Virus record (IMG/VR): IMGVR_UViG_3300045988_177154
Coordinates: 160,001-224,000 of that record
From: a virus
Direction: 5' to 3' (one strand)
DNA length: 64,000 nt
Shown here: piece after piece, positions 48,814 through 57,849 of the stretch
How the letters are laid out: each line of letters begins with the position of its first letter
Position numbering within the stretch: position 1 is the first letter of the stretch
Notes under the pieces: model-generated
What the model was told of the DNA's origin: nothing
Database searches by the model: none
What the model saw: only the letters and a program-made list of their open reading frames with translations
Made by a program: the position numbers and the translations under genes

Positions 48814-48993
48814 ATGCTATATTTTTATGTATTAGGTGCAGTAGCTTTGCTCATTATATTGATTTCCATATTTAAATTTTTATGGAGAGTTGAGATATTT
48901 TTCGCAAAATTAAGCTTAGCTTGGCAGATTATTTCTTGGCTTGGTTTAATCGTAGCTTTTGTTATTGCCGTGTGGTTTATATACTTCAATTAA
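48814..48993 (+). CDS. small 2-TM membrane protein (59 aa), absent from the ORF track
   Basis: AAGAGG RBS. MLYFYVLGAVALLIILISIF...WLGLIVAFVIAVWFIYFN; hairpin downstream. Confidence 0.35.
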   Translation: MLYFYVLGAVALLIILISIFKFLWRVEIFFAKLSLAWQIISWLGLIVAFVIAVWFIYFN

Positions 48994-49053
48994 GTTGTAG
49001 CTCTTTGCTACAACTTTTTCTTTGATATGCTACTAAAAAAGGAGCATTTATAA

Positions 49054-50193
49054 ATGTATCATATTAACCATGAGGGAGAAGTTAAAAAATGTAGAGCATT
49101 TATTCGTCCTTGCCCTTACTCTAAAGATAAACATTTCAGAACACAATTTGAAGCTATGCAAGAAGCTGCTGAATTAAGAACTGCTTATGAATTTAAAATT
49201 AAATCTATTCTACAAGAACTAAAAATGCTTGATAAGTATTATGAAGAAGCAGAAAGAGATTATCAAGATTTAAATATTGTAAAAGAAGAAGTTAAAAATA
49301 TAGTTGGTAATAAACCAGGTATGAATAGACATTATAGAGAAGTTGTATGTAATTTACTTGGTGATGAAATTGGTAATCCAATTAGCACATCAAAAGGAAT
49401 AGTAAAATACTTCAAAGATAATAATAGGTCTTTTCTTTTAAATAATTTTGACGAAGTAGAAGCAGAAGCTATTTCAGATGTTAGTAGAATTATGGATAGT
49501 ACAGAATCTTTCAGAGACCCTAGCAAAAAATACTCTGTTTATTATGATGAAGTGCAAAGAAGAATGAGAAATACTAAAGAAATGATTGAAGCATGCCATG
49601 AATTAGGTATTAGTATTGATACATATAACTTTGAATATGTTGTTGGTGATGACCACCCATTTGATTTTTTTAACTCTGTTACTGTTGATGAAAATGGTGA
49701 AATCAATAATTTGTATTATTTGGGATTGGAAGGCCAAAATTTCCATGCTGAGCCATCTAAAGTAACAAAAATTGAAAACAATTTATTATATACAGAAAAT
49801 CACCCAGAAGGTTTATTCTTACCATTAACTTATCAAGAGAAAAATAGACCTGTTAAAGATACTGCAAGAGCTATTTTCTTTAGAGATAAAAATGCTAAAG
49901 GAACTCATGTAGATTTTGCTAATAATAAGTTTTGGAATACTAATCCTATTGAATGGGATTCAGAAGTTGATGATACAGATTCAGATTTAAAATGGGGAAT
50001 TGATAAGAACTATGATTATCATGACTCAAATCAATTGAAAGATTTCTCAACTATCATGAAAAGAAAAGATATGCAAGGAAAAGATAGTTTTACATTCACT
50101 AAATCTGCTGTTTTACCAAAAATGACTAAAGCTGAAGCTATTGAAGATGCTAATAGAAGATTAAAAGAAGCTCGTGAAGAATGGCCATTTTAA
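49054..50193 (+). CDS. HCCH-module family protein 5 (divergent)
   Basis: N-terminus MYHINHEGEVKKCRAFIRPCPYSKDKHFRTQFEAMQEAAE. Confidence 0.65.
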   Translation: MYHINHEGEVKKCRAFIRPCPYSKDKHFRTQFEAMQEAAELRTAYEFKIKSILQELKMLDKYYEEAERDYQDLNIVKEEVKNIVGNKPGMNRHYREVVCNLLGDEIGNPISTSKGIVKYFKDNNRSFLLNNFDEVEAEAISDVSRIMDSTESFRDPSKKYSVYYDEVQRRMRNTKEMIEACHELGISIDTYNFEYVVGDDHPFDFFNSVTVDENGEINNLYYLGLEGQNFHAEPSKVTKIENNLLYTENHPEGLFLPLTYQEKNRPVKDTARAIFFRDKNAKGTHVDFANNKFWNTNPIEWDSEVDDTDSDLKWGIDKNYDYHDSNQLKDFSTIMKRKDMQGKDSFTFTKSAVLPKMTKAEAIEDANRRLKEAREEWPF

Positions 50194-50356
50194 AAAACAA
50201 AAAAGCTAACAATATGTTAGCTTTCTTTTTTATAACCTCTATTTAATTAAAAATATTTCCAAAAATGGATAGTAAATCAAATCCTATTAGGCTATATTTG
50301 AAAAGTTATATCATGAGTTTTGGAATAATAAAAATAAAAAGAAAGGTTTTGCTAAT

Positions 50357-50812
50357 ATGAAATTTTACTATCACAACTTTAAAGATTTAAGAGGAAACCA
50401 CATTAAATATTTTGCTAATGGAGATGATTTTAAAGTAGAAGAAGTTTTTACTACTATCTCACACAAAAACGTTTTAAGAGGTTTTCATACATCAAGCAAA
50501 CAAGAAAAACTTATCAAAGTATTAAATGGTTCATTACATCTAATTACTGTAAATGAAGAAACAAAAGAAATTACTCATTATGACATGAATGTTGATTCTG
50601 AGCCAATCTTTATTCCATTGAATACTTGGGTGGGCTATGTTATCAAAGAAAACAATACAATTGTTAATTATATTTGCTCTGGTAAATTCTCACCTGAAAC
50701 AGATTTAACTTGCTCTCCTAAATCATTCGCAAATGAATGGCTATGGCCTATTCCTTATTCAGATATTATCATTTCTGAAAAAGACGACCAGGCAGAAATC
50801 AGAACTTTATAA
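50357..50812 (+). CDS. RmlC-like cupin (dTDP-sugar epimerase/isomerase-like)
   Basis: F.DLRG......F........SHKNVLRGFH......KLI.V..G.......; 151 aa, shorter than canonical RmlC. Confidence 0.5.
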   Translation: MKFYYHNFKDLRGNHIKYFANGDDFKVEEVFTTISHKNVLRGFHTSSKQEKLIKVLNGSLHLITVNEETKEITHYDMNVDSEPIFIPLNTWVGYVIKENNTIVNYICSGKFSPETDLTCSPKSFANEWLWPIPYSDIIISEKDDQAEIRTL

Positions 50813-50849
50813 AAGAAAAGGATTTTTTAATCCTTTTCTTTTTTTGAGC

Positions 50850-51095
50850 AAAAAAGCCTAAAAATACTCAAAATCACCGGTAAAATACTCAATTTCAGCC
50901 CCAAAATACTCAAAAAGAGCCATAAAATACTGATAAAAAAGGGTAAAATACTGTTTTTTAACATTACGCCATTTTACGGCTGCTGTAAGCCGTTGAGCAA
51001 GAACAGTTAAAGCGATTTGCAAAACAGCGCTTTTTCAGCTAATAACTATAAATAACTAAAAAATAACAAAATAAATAACTCAATAAATAACCAGC
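50850..51095 (+). repeat. left arm of an inverted repeat pair of about 250 bp
   Basis: Reverse-complement match by eye (roughly 85-90 percent) to 54676-54925, including the iterons and an ATAAC-phased AT-rich block. Confidence 0.85.
50861..50965 (+). repeat. iteron array: five AAAATACT(C/G)(A/T)-type cores on an exact 21-bp register
   Basis: Cores start at 50861, 50882, 50903, 50924 and 50945. Confidence 0.85.
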
Positions 51096-51189
51096 TTCGT
51101 AAGCTCTTACGAGCATCACTCGCTGAATTAAGTAAGTAAAATGCTTTAAGGAGTATTTTTTATTTTAGAGAAATGCTCTAATTAAATAT

Positions 51190-51340
51190 GAGGGTTGTTA
51201 TATCGTCATATAGTTAATGCTAAAACAGTAAAATCATAATTTCGATAAATGTATCGACTTTTAACAAAAACAGCTTAGAGTCGCTTATTTTACAGTTTAA
51301 AACAAAAAGAAAAAGAGCTATAAAATATAGCTCTTTTTAT
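51190..51340 (-). repeat. dispersed intergenic repeat, copy R8 (inverted), including the ligA terminator
   Basis: Reverse complement of the R7 unit: gagggttgttatatcgtca, TCGATAAATGTATCGA (51242-51257), cagcttagagtcgcttattttacag, and terminator aaagagctataaaatatagctcttt. Confidence 0.85.
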
Positions 51341-53265
51341 AATTTATCCTTTGAAAATTCTTCAAAATTCATAATTGGAATATTTAATGAAATTGCTTTT
51401 TTCAATTTGCTTGACATTTTCGTTTTATCTTCAGTTAATAAAACATTAGTATCTTTATTGATTGATTTAGTAAAAATCCAACCTTGTTTTTCAAGTTCTG
51501 AAATCAATTCATCTCTATTCTTAAAGTTTTGAGGAACTTTGCCTGTATGACAATAATAACCTTTAACAGTAATATTATCAGATTTATTCATAACACAACC
51601 AATATTATTTAATTCATTGAATGTTGCTTTTGCAATTTCAAAATATTCTTCAAAACTCTTAACAAAAGCATTACCTAAACCGTTAATTGATTTAATTTTT
51701 TCAATAGATTTATTTTTATCAGAGAATAGCTCTTCAAGTGAATTAAATTCTTTGAGGATTTTCTTGGCAGTAACACTTCCAAGTGTTGGAATACCGAAAG
51801 ATAATAACCAACGATAAGGTTGAGTATCATTTTTAGCTTTTTGAATGTTATCATAAATAAGTTTAGCTCTTGTTTTACCGAGAGAAACACCACTTGAATC
51901 AAATTTAACTTCTTCTAATTCTTTCAAATCTAAGTTCATTAAATCAACTACAGATTCTAATTTCAATGCTTTAAGAACTTCACCTGATAATCCGTCAATA
52001 TCTAAACATTGTTTAGAAACAATATTGGTCATCATATAACTTTTTCTTGATTCACAATTAGGATTCAAACAGAATAAATCTTTACTTTCTTGACCTTGTT
52101 CATTATATTTATAATCAAGTGCATTGTTACAATAAGGACAAACTTTAGGAATTTCAAGTTCTTCATCTGATTCTTTAGTTGTCATAACAATAGCTGGAAT
52201 AACATCATTAGCACGTTTAACAAGAACTTCTGCACCTTTAGAGATTTTCTTTTCTTGTAACCATTTGAAATTGTTTCCAGTAATGTTAGTAATTGTTACA
52301 CCATCAATTGTAATGGGGGAAATCTTAACTCTAGGAGTAATTTTCCCAGTATTACCGATTGTGAATGAAATATCTTCTACTTTTGTTACTTTTTGTTCCC
52401 CTGGGTATTTAAAGGCAATATACTCTTTAGGGTGGTGACTTGTTTCACCAATTTTGATTTGCTCATTTGGTTTAATTACGATACCATCTGTTGGAGCAGA
52501 GCATTCCATTCGCCAAATTTTAGCTTGTTCAATATTTTCAGCTAATTCTTCAAAAGTTGAAGCACTATTTTTAGGGAATAAATCTTTAGCAGAAAATACA
52601 TTAGTAGGAATTTCTATAAATTCATCATTTTGGTCAACTGCAAAATATGTAGCAAAAGATAATTTAGCATTGAAATCTAAGCCTAATTTTCCTTTTGATA
52701 CAATTCCAGCAACTGCACTTCGTTCATTTGAATATTTATCATTAACTTTATTTTGATTGTTAATAATTAAATCAGATTTACTGCTATATAATTCGCCACG
52801 TAATTCTTTAATATTTGCATTAGGTTGTTGTAGTGGTAAATTCTCAATAGTAAGTTTGTCTGACTCAATAAGATAAGTTACGTTCTCACCAACTTCTCCA
52901 TTTCCACGAGTTGATAAGATAACTTCATTATCAGAAATATAATGAACTGACAAGGCCAAACCGTCTAATTTTGGTTCAATTGAATAAGTTTTAGCTCCAT
53001 GAGATTTAGTTTCATCATAGTATTTATTTACTTCTTGGATTGAATTAGCTTTTTTCAATGATTTCATTGGTTTAGCATGGTGAACTTCATTATTAACATC
53101 AATTTCAATACCATCATTGATTTCTGTATCTTGGATTAGCCATCCATTTTCTTCGGCTAATTGTGTCAATGAATCATATTCTTCATCAGTTAAAAGTAAT
53201 TCTTGGTTATTGTAATAAGCTTCAGAAGCATTTTTTAATAATTCTAGCAATTCTTCTTTTTGCAT
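51337..53265 (-). CDS. ligA: NAD-dependent DNA ligase
   Basis: Adenylation motif EPKLDGLA, OB fold, Cys4 zinc finger (CPYC...CLNPNC), HhH region and a BRCT-like C-terminus. Confidence 0.9.
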   Translation of the reverse strand: MQKEELLELLKNASEAYYNNQELLLTDEEYDSLTQLAEENGWLIQDTEINDGIEIDVNNEVHHAKPMKSLKKANSIQEVNKYYDETKSHGAKTYSIEPKLDGLALSVHYISDNEVILSTRGNGEVGENVTYLIESDKLTIENLPLQQPNANIKELRGELYSSKSDLIINNQNKVNDKYSNERSAVAGIVSKGKLGLDFNAKLSFATYFAVDQNDEFIEIPTNVFSAKDLFPKNSASTFEELAENIEQAKIWRMECSAPTDGIVIKPNEQIKIGETSHHPKEYIAFKYPGEQKVTKVEDISFTIGNTGKITPRVKISPITIDGVTITNITGNNFKWLQEKKISKGAEVLVKRANDVIPAIVMTTKESDEELEIPKVCPYCNNALDYKYNEQGQESKDLFCLNPNCESRKSYMMTNIVSKQCLDIDGLSGEVLKALKLESVVDLMNLDLKELEEVKFDSSGVSLGKTRAKLIYDNIQKAKNDTQPYRWLLSFGIPTLGSVTAKKILKEFNSLEELFSDKNKSIEKIKSINGLGNAFVKSFEEYFEIAKATFNELNNIGCVMNKSDNITVKGYYCHTGKVPQNFKNRDELISELEKQGWIFTKSINKDTNVLLTEDKTKMSSKLKKAISLNIPIMNFEEFSKDKL

Positions 53266-53342
53266 ATATTTTCCCCTTTCTTCAATAATTTTATTATAAC
53301 AAAAAATATAATAAAAGTCAAAAAAGATAACAACAAAAGTTG

Positions 53343-54533
53343 CTATTTGTTGTTATCTTCGAAGTGTATAGTTTTTAAACCACCCCACGGTTGTAGAGTT
53401 TCATCATTTCTTTCTATTTCTAAGAAAGTATAATTGTCATGTAAATCAGCTCTTTTTTCAGAATTTCTTGTAGTTAAAGATTTTCTAAATCCAGCATAAT
53501 CAATGACATCAACTTTTTCACCAGCAGAGAATCCAACAACTTTATAAAGCTTATTATCATCTGCCATTAAATAAACATTATCAATTTCATTATTTTTCAT
53601 TTTTGGATTAAGTTTTAAATCATAATCGCCAGTTGATGGCAAATCTGTTGAATTGATACGTTTAACAAATTTTGGTTCTTCATCAATATATTTAGAGAAG
53701 TTATTTCTGATAGCCATTTCTCTATTTAATTTAGCAAGAATTTCTTTTCTAGTATTATTAGACTCTTTCAATTCAATTTTATTAGCACGTTTTAATTGAA
53801 CTGTTGGTTTAGCTGTTTGTTTCAACATTTCAAATCTTGCTTTAGCTTGTTGTTCTAAATGATTGTTGAGTTCTTCATCAGTAATAGTTGCTAATTTATA
53901 TTTTTCTACGTTTTTATCAATTTCTTTTTTATAAATAGCTACAGCTTCTTTAAAATTTTGTGCATATCTTGAAGTTAGAACTTTATTATAAAATCTATCA
54001 TGTAAATGAGCTCTATTATTTAAATCTATTTGATTATTTTCATCAAGGAAGTACTCATCACAAAAGAGCTTTGCTATTTTATTATTAGTAATATTTTCAA
54101 TTAAACCTTTTGGTACATTATTTTTCCACGGACGAAAATCAAAAGTCTTTCTTGCATTAACTACTTCACTTATATAAGATTGATTTTCTGCTATTATTTC
54201 ATTTTGAGCTCTTTCATATAATTCTTGTAATTCTTCTTGTGATAAAGCTTCATTAACAGGTTTTTGATTACTTTCAATAGCATTATGCTCTTTATTCAAT
54301 TCATCTAAAACAATTCTTCTATAAATTCTTAATTCTTTGTTACTTAAATTTTCATATGGATGATATTCCATAGCTTTATTTAGGTCTATTTCTACTTGCA
54401 TTTTAAAATCAGACATATATTGTGCTGATTCAAAACTATCCAAATGTTCATCTTCTGAAGCAAAAGGGCAACGACCTGATTTAGCCATACATTCACTAGG
54501 AACACCATTATTGTTTATATGGTATTTAGTCAT
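53343..54533 (-). CDS. HCCH-module family protein 6
   Basis: N-terminus TKYHINNNGVPSECMAKSGRCPFASEDEHLDSFESAQYMSD. Confidence 0.7.
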   Translation of the reverse strand: MTKYHINNNGVPSECMAKSGRCPFASEDEHLDSFESAQYMSDFKMQVEIDLNKAMEYHPYENLSNKELRIYRRIVLDELNKEHNAIESNQKPVNEALSQEELQELYERAQNEIIAENQSYISEVVNARKTFDFRPWKNNVPKGLIENITNNKIAKLFCDEYFLDENNQIDLNNRAHLHDRFYNKVLTSRYAQNFKEAVAIYKKEIDKNVEKYKLATITDEELNNHLEQQAKARFEMLKQTAKPTVQLKRANKIELKESNNTRKEILAKLNREMAIRNNFSKYIDEEPKFVKRINSTDLPSTGDYDLKLNPKMKNNEIDNVYLMADDNKLYKVVGFSAGEKVDVIDYAGFRKSLTTRNSEKRADLHDNYTFLEIERNDETLQPWGGLKTIHFEDNNK

Positions 54534-54675
54534 AGTTTAACCTCTATTTATTTTTAGTTTTTATATCGTGCTATATTATAAAGAGTATATAATATAGTTT
54601 ATAACCCAACAATTCCTCTTATAGACTATATTTCTGTGAAGTTGGCTATACAAGGCGCTAGGCTTGTTGCCAACG

Positions 54676-54925
54676 AGCAGGTTATCTATTAAGTTATTTA
54701 TTTTGTTTTTTAGTAGTTGTTTATAGTTATTAACTGAAAAAGCGCTGTTTCAATAATCGTTTTAACTGTTGTTACTCAACGGTTTACAGCAACTGCAAAA
54801 CAGCGTAATGTTAAAAAACAGTATTTTACCCCTTTTTATCAGTATTTTATGGCTCTTTTTGAGTATTTTTGGTCCGAATTTGAGTATTTTATCGGTTATT
54901 TTGAGTATTTTTGGGTATTTTTTAA
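54676..54925 (-). repeat. right arm of the inverted repeat pair of about 250 bp
   Basis: Reverse complement of 50850-51095. Confidence 0.85.
54807..54911 (-). repeat. iteron array (inverted): five AGTATTTT cores on an exact 21-bp register
   Basis: Cores at 54820, 54841, 54862, 54883 and 54904. Confidence 0.85.
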
Positions 54926-55009
54926 AAAATAAAAACCCTAGACTTTAGTCTAGGGCGAACTTGGAAGGTACAATGAGATAAACGGTTTGGAGCATTTTTC
55001 TCATGTACG
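54924..55009 (-). ncRNA. candidate small RNA of about 85 nt, defined by an orphan promoter and terminator
   Basis: Minus-strand TTGACA (55044-55039), 17 nt, TAAAAT (55021-16). Hairpin CCCTAGAC/GTCTAGGG (54936-54955) followed by a T-run on the minus strand. No credible ORF. Confidence 0.3.
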
Positions 55010-55076
55010 ATTTATATTTTATAATAAAAATTTCAGCTTGTCAAGAAAAAATTTTAATTTTTTTAACAAAAATAAA

Positions 55077-55094
55077 TGGAATAATAAAACTAAG
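55077..55094 (+). promoter_or_regulatory. conserved promoter-like motif variant TGGAATAATAAAACTAAG
   Basis: Upstream of the Rep-like gene. Confidence 0.5.
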
Positions 55095-55158
55095 AAAATC
55101 TAAAAATAAAAAAGGAGTAATCCCTCTTAAAAGAAATAGTGGGAAGTGAATAATTTTT

Positions 55159-57777
55159 ATGAGCAAAATTAAGAATTTGGAAGAAATTGCTTTAAATGAT
55201 ACATTATTAGTTGGAGTTAAATTTTCTACGTTAATCAATTCTTACTTTACAAATGAAGAAGCTATGCTTTACTACGCTTTGATGTCATATTTTAATGATG
55301 TTGATGAAATAGATTGCAATGATGGCCGAGATATTTTGGTTCAAAGTCTTTTAGATAGAGCATATTGTAAAGACATTAAAATTTTAAAAGAAAATAGAAA
55401 TAATGTTAATAATATGATTAACAAGCTTAAAAATAATCTTTATAATGCTGTAACTGGAGATAAAGTTACTCTTTTTGACGAGCTTGAAGTAGTTTGGAAT
55501 CGTCCATTAAGAGAAAGTTATCTTAAAGTTAGAGTTAATGAAGAAGCTGCAAGAGAATACTTGCATTATGAAGATTCACAATATATTAAAGTAAGATTAG
55601 CACCATTAAGAGATTTAAAATCAGTTACTTACAAAAGAGCATTTATTCTTTTTAGCCAATGGACAGATTACACTGGCTCAGAAAAATTCTTTTTCGTAAA
55701 TAATGCTAATTTTATTGAATCTATTTATGGTGATAAAAAATTAAGTGGCTTAACTTATAAGAAATATAAAACTCATTACTTAGACAAAATGATTCAAGCT
55801 CTAGGATTATGTTTCCCTAATGTTGAATTTAGATTAGATAATAAAGATAACATTTTGTACAAGAATGTTATGAAATTCAAAGTTAGAGCTAGAGATAAAG
55901 AGTTCTTTGATAAATATGCTCTATATAAACGATTAGAGTTAATGAAAAATAGAGATTTAGAATTTTTAGAAGGCTCTTATAATTTTGAAGATGAATTAAA
56001 AGAATTTAAATTCTATAATATGACACCAGAAGAAATTATTGCTGAATCAGCAGTTGCTTTCCAACAAACAAGTGAAGAACCATTTGCTGAAATTTCAGAA
56101 GAAGATTTCTATAATACAGAAGAAGTTGAATACGAAACAGAATCAATTGAAGAAGCTATTGAAGAATTAGAAACATTTAGAGATAAGAAAGAAGCTATTA
56201 CTTCAGATGAAAATATTCTTAAATCAGAAGAATTGCTTAATCAAGTAGAAAATGATAACTATGTTATTGATACATTAAGAAAAGAATTAGTAGATAATCT
56301 TGCTTTAAAATCAGAATTAGCTCAATACGACTTAGATGAAAAATTCACAAATGTTGTAGATAATTTGCTTGAAGAAATGGAAAGTTATCCTAATAAAGAA
56401 AATTATGAATTTTCAACTGGTGTAATTTCAACTAATCCTAAATTAGTAAATGACATGGATTTCCCTGAAGAAGATGCAACAACATTAAATATTAAATACG
56501 GTGATAGTAGAAGTTTCACTTTAGATGAAATTAAAGCTATCGATGGCGAAAACAAATATTATAAATTGTTTAAAGCTTTCGCACTAGTCGGCCTTTTAAA
56601 AGAAGCAGTATTTAATGGGAAAGAATTATCTAAACAATATGAATATGCTAAAGAATCTAATTCTACTTTATTTGATGTATTAGCAACTCTCCATTTTGAT
56701 TTAGCAGAAACGCTAGAAAGTCATGATTTTAATTTGTTTGATGCTCTTTTTGAAATATTTACTATTAAATTAGGATATGGAGCAAATGAAGCTTTATTCA
56801 AAATTGTTAATATTGTTAAGAATATGAATTATGCTTTAGCATTATATGAAGAATTAAAACTTGAAACAGAATCTATTGAAGAAACAGAAGTGACTGATTC
56901 AAATGGTTATGGAAGTGATTTATTCAATATGAAAAAAGAATCTGCTAAAGAAGAACCAAAAGAAGAAGTTATTAAGGAAGAAATAAAAACTGAAGCAAAG
57001 AATGGAGCTCTTATGGGAATGTTAAGTAAAGAAAAACAAAAAGCTATTGCAAATGAAGTTACTAATGAAATAGAAAAAGATTATAGCTTTTTAAAACAAC
57101 CTAATTTAGATGTTAATGAAATTTTAAATGAAAATAAATTAGAATTAAATAATTATAAAGATAACTATAAAGACTTAAGATATGGATTTGAAGATGAAAC
57201 TGTTGAAAGTAGTAAAGCACTTGTTCCACAATTAGAAAACAGAAGTCTTAATAATCTAAAATACTTCATTCAAAATAAAGTTGTTGATAATTATAGCGAA
57301 TGGTCAAGCTCTACTAAAGAAACTGCATTAGAAGTTATCAAACGTTTTGAAGATGAAAATAATTTCTCAGTGCTAAAAATGTTTAATCAATTTATTTCTA
57401 ATTCAGAAAGAGTAGACATTAAAAATAGATTAGATAAAATGTGGCTAGAAACTGAAAAGATTTACAAAGCTGAACATGATAGATTATTAAATCAAAGAGC
57501 AGAAATTGCTACAACTATTCCTAATTTCTATGAGGAAATTTTACCAAATGCTATTAACAATGAAGATTCTTATAGAATTATGTGTGAATGGAGTGCTTAT
57601 GGACATTTAGCTAAAAAAGTTTCTAATAAAAAGAAATCTATCTTGTTATTTATTGAAACTCTAATTGCTACTTGTCAAGAAAATATTGATAAATGTGGGC
57701 AACTTGAGGGTGTTTACAATGAAAATGTCATTAAAAAAATCCAAACAATAGCAAATTTGAAAAAAAATTTAAAATAA
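55159..57777 (+). CDS. large protein with a RepB/Rep_3-like (winged-helix) initiator N-terminal region and an acidic C-terminal extension
   Basis: Residues about 150-250 (LRDLKSVTYKRAFILFSQW.....FFV....F.ESIYG....Y..YK..YLDKMI..L.......F.....K.....V.KFKV) follow the Rep_3 pattern. The gene lies next to iterons. Confidence 0.5.
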   Translation: MSKIKNLEEIALNDTLLVGVKFSTLINSYFTNEEAMLYYALMSYFNDVDEIDCNDGRDILVQSLLDRAYCKDIKILKENRNNVNNMINKLKNNLYNAVTGDKVTLFDELEVVWNRPLRESYLKVRVNEEAAREYLHYEDSQYIKVRLAPLRDLKSVTYKRAFILFSQWTDYTGSEKFFFVNNANFIESIYGDKKLSGLTYKKYKTHYLDKMIQALGLCFPNVEFRLDNKDNILYKNVMKFKVRARDKEFFDKYALYKRLELMKNRDLEFLEGSYNFEDELKEFKFYNMTPEEIIAESAVAFQQTSEEPFAEISEEDFYNTEEVEYETESIEEAIEELETFRDKKEAITSDENILKSEELLNQVENDNYVIDTLRKELVDNLALKSELAQYDLDEKFTNVVDNLLEEMESYPNKENYEFSTGVISTNPKLVNDMDFPEEDATTLNIKYGDSRSFTLDEIKAIDGENKYYKLFKAFALVGLLKEAVFNGKELSKQYEYAKESNSTLFDVLATLHFDLAETLESHDFNLFDALFEIFTIKLGYGANEALFKIVNIVKNMNYALALYEELKLETESIEETEVTDSNGYGSDLFNMKKESAKEEPKEEVIKEEIKTEAKNGALMGMLSKEKQKAIANEVTNEIEKDYSFLKQPNLDVNEILNENKLELNNYKDNYKDLRYGFEDETVESSKALVPQLENRSLNNLKYFIQNKVVDNYSEWSSSTKETALEVIKRFEDENNFSVLKMFNQFISNSERVDIKNRLDKMWLETEKIYKAEHDRLLNQRAEIATTIPNFYEEILPNAINNEDSYRIMCEWSAYGHLAKKVSNKKKSILLFIETLIATCQENIDKCGQLEGVYNENVIKKIQTIANLKKNLK

Positions 57778-57849
57778 TGGTTGACAAGTTATTGATATTG
57801 TGTTAGTATTTGTTTAACAACATTAAAAATAAAGGAAAAGGTGACTAAA

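Noticed and set aside
50861-50965. Regularly spaced direct repeats as a CRISPR array
   Set aside because: The period is only 21 bp with a core of about 10 bp, so the spacers would be about 11 bp. An inverted second copy and an adjacent Rep-like gene fit iterons. No cas genes are present.
55041-55238. 65-aa minus-strand ORF overlapping the start of the Rep-like gene
   Set aside because: It is a low-complexity AT-rich frame with no RBS, and it overlaps the promoter and 5' end of the 872-aa gene.
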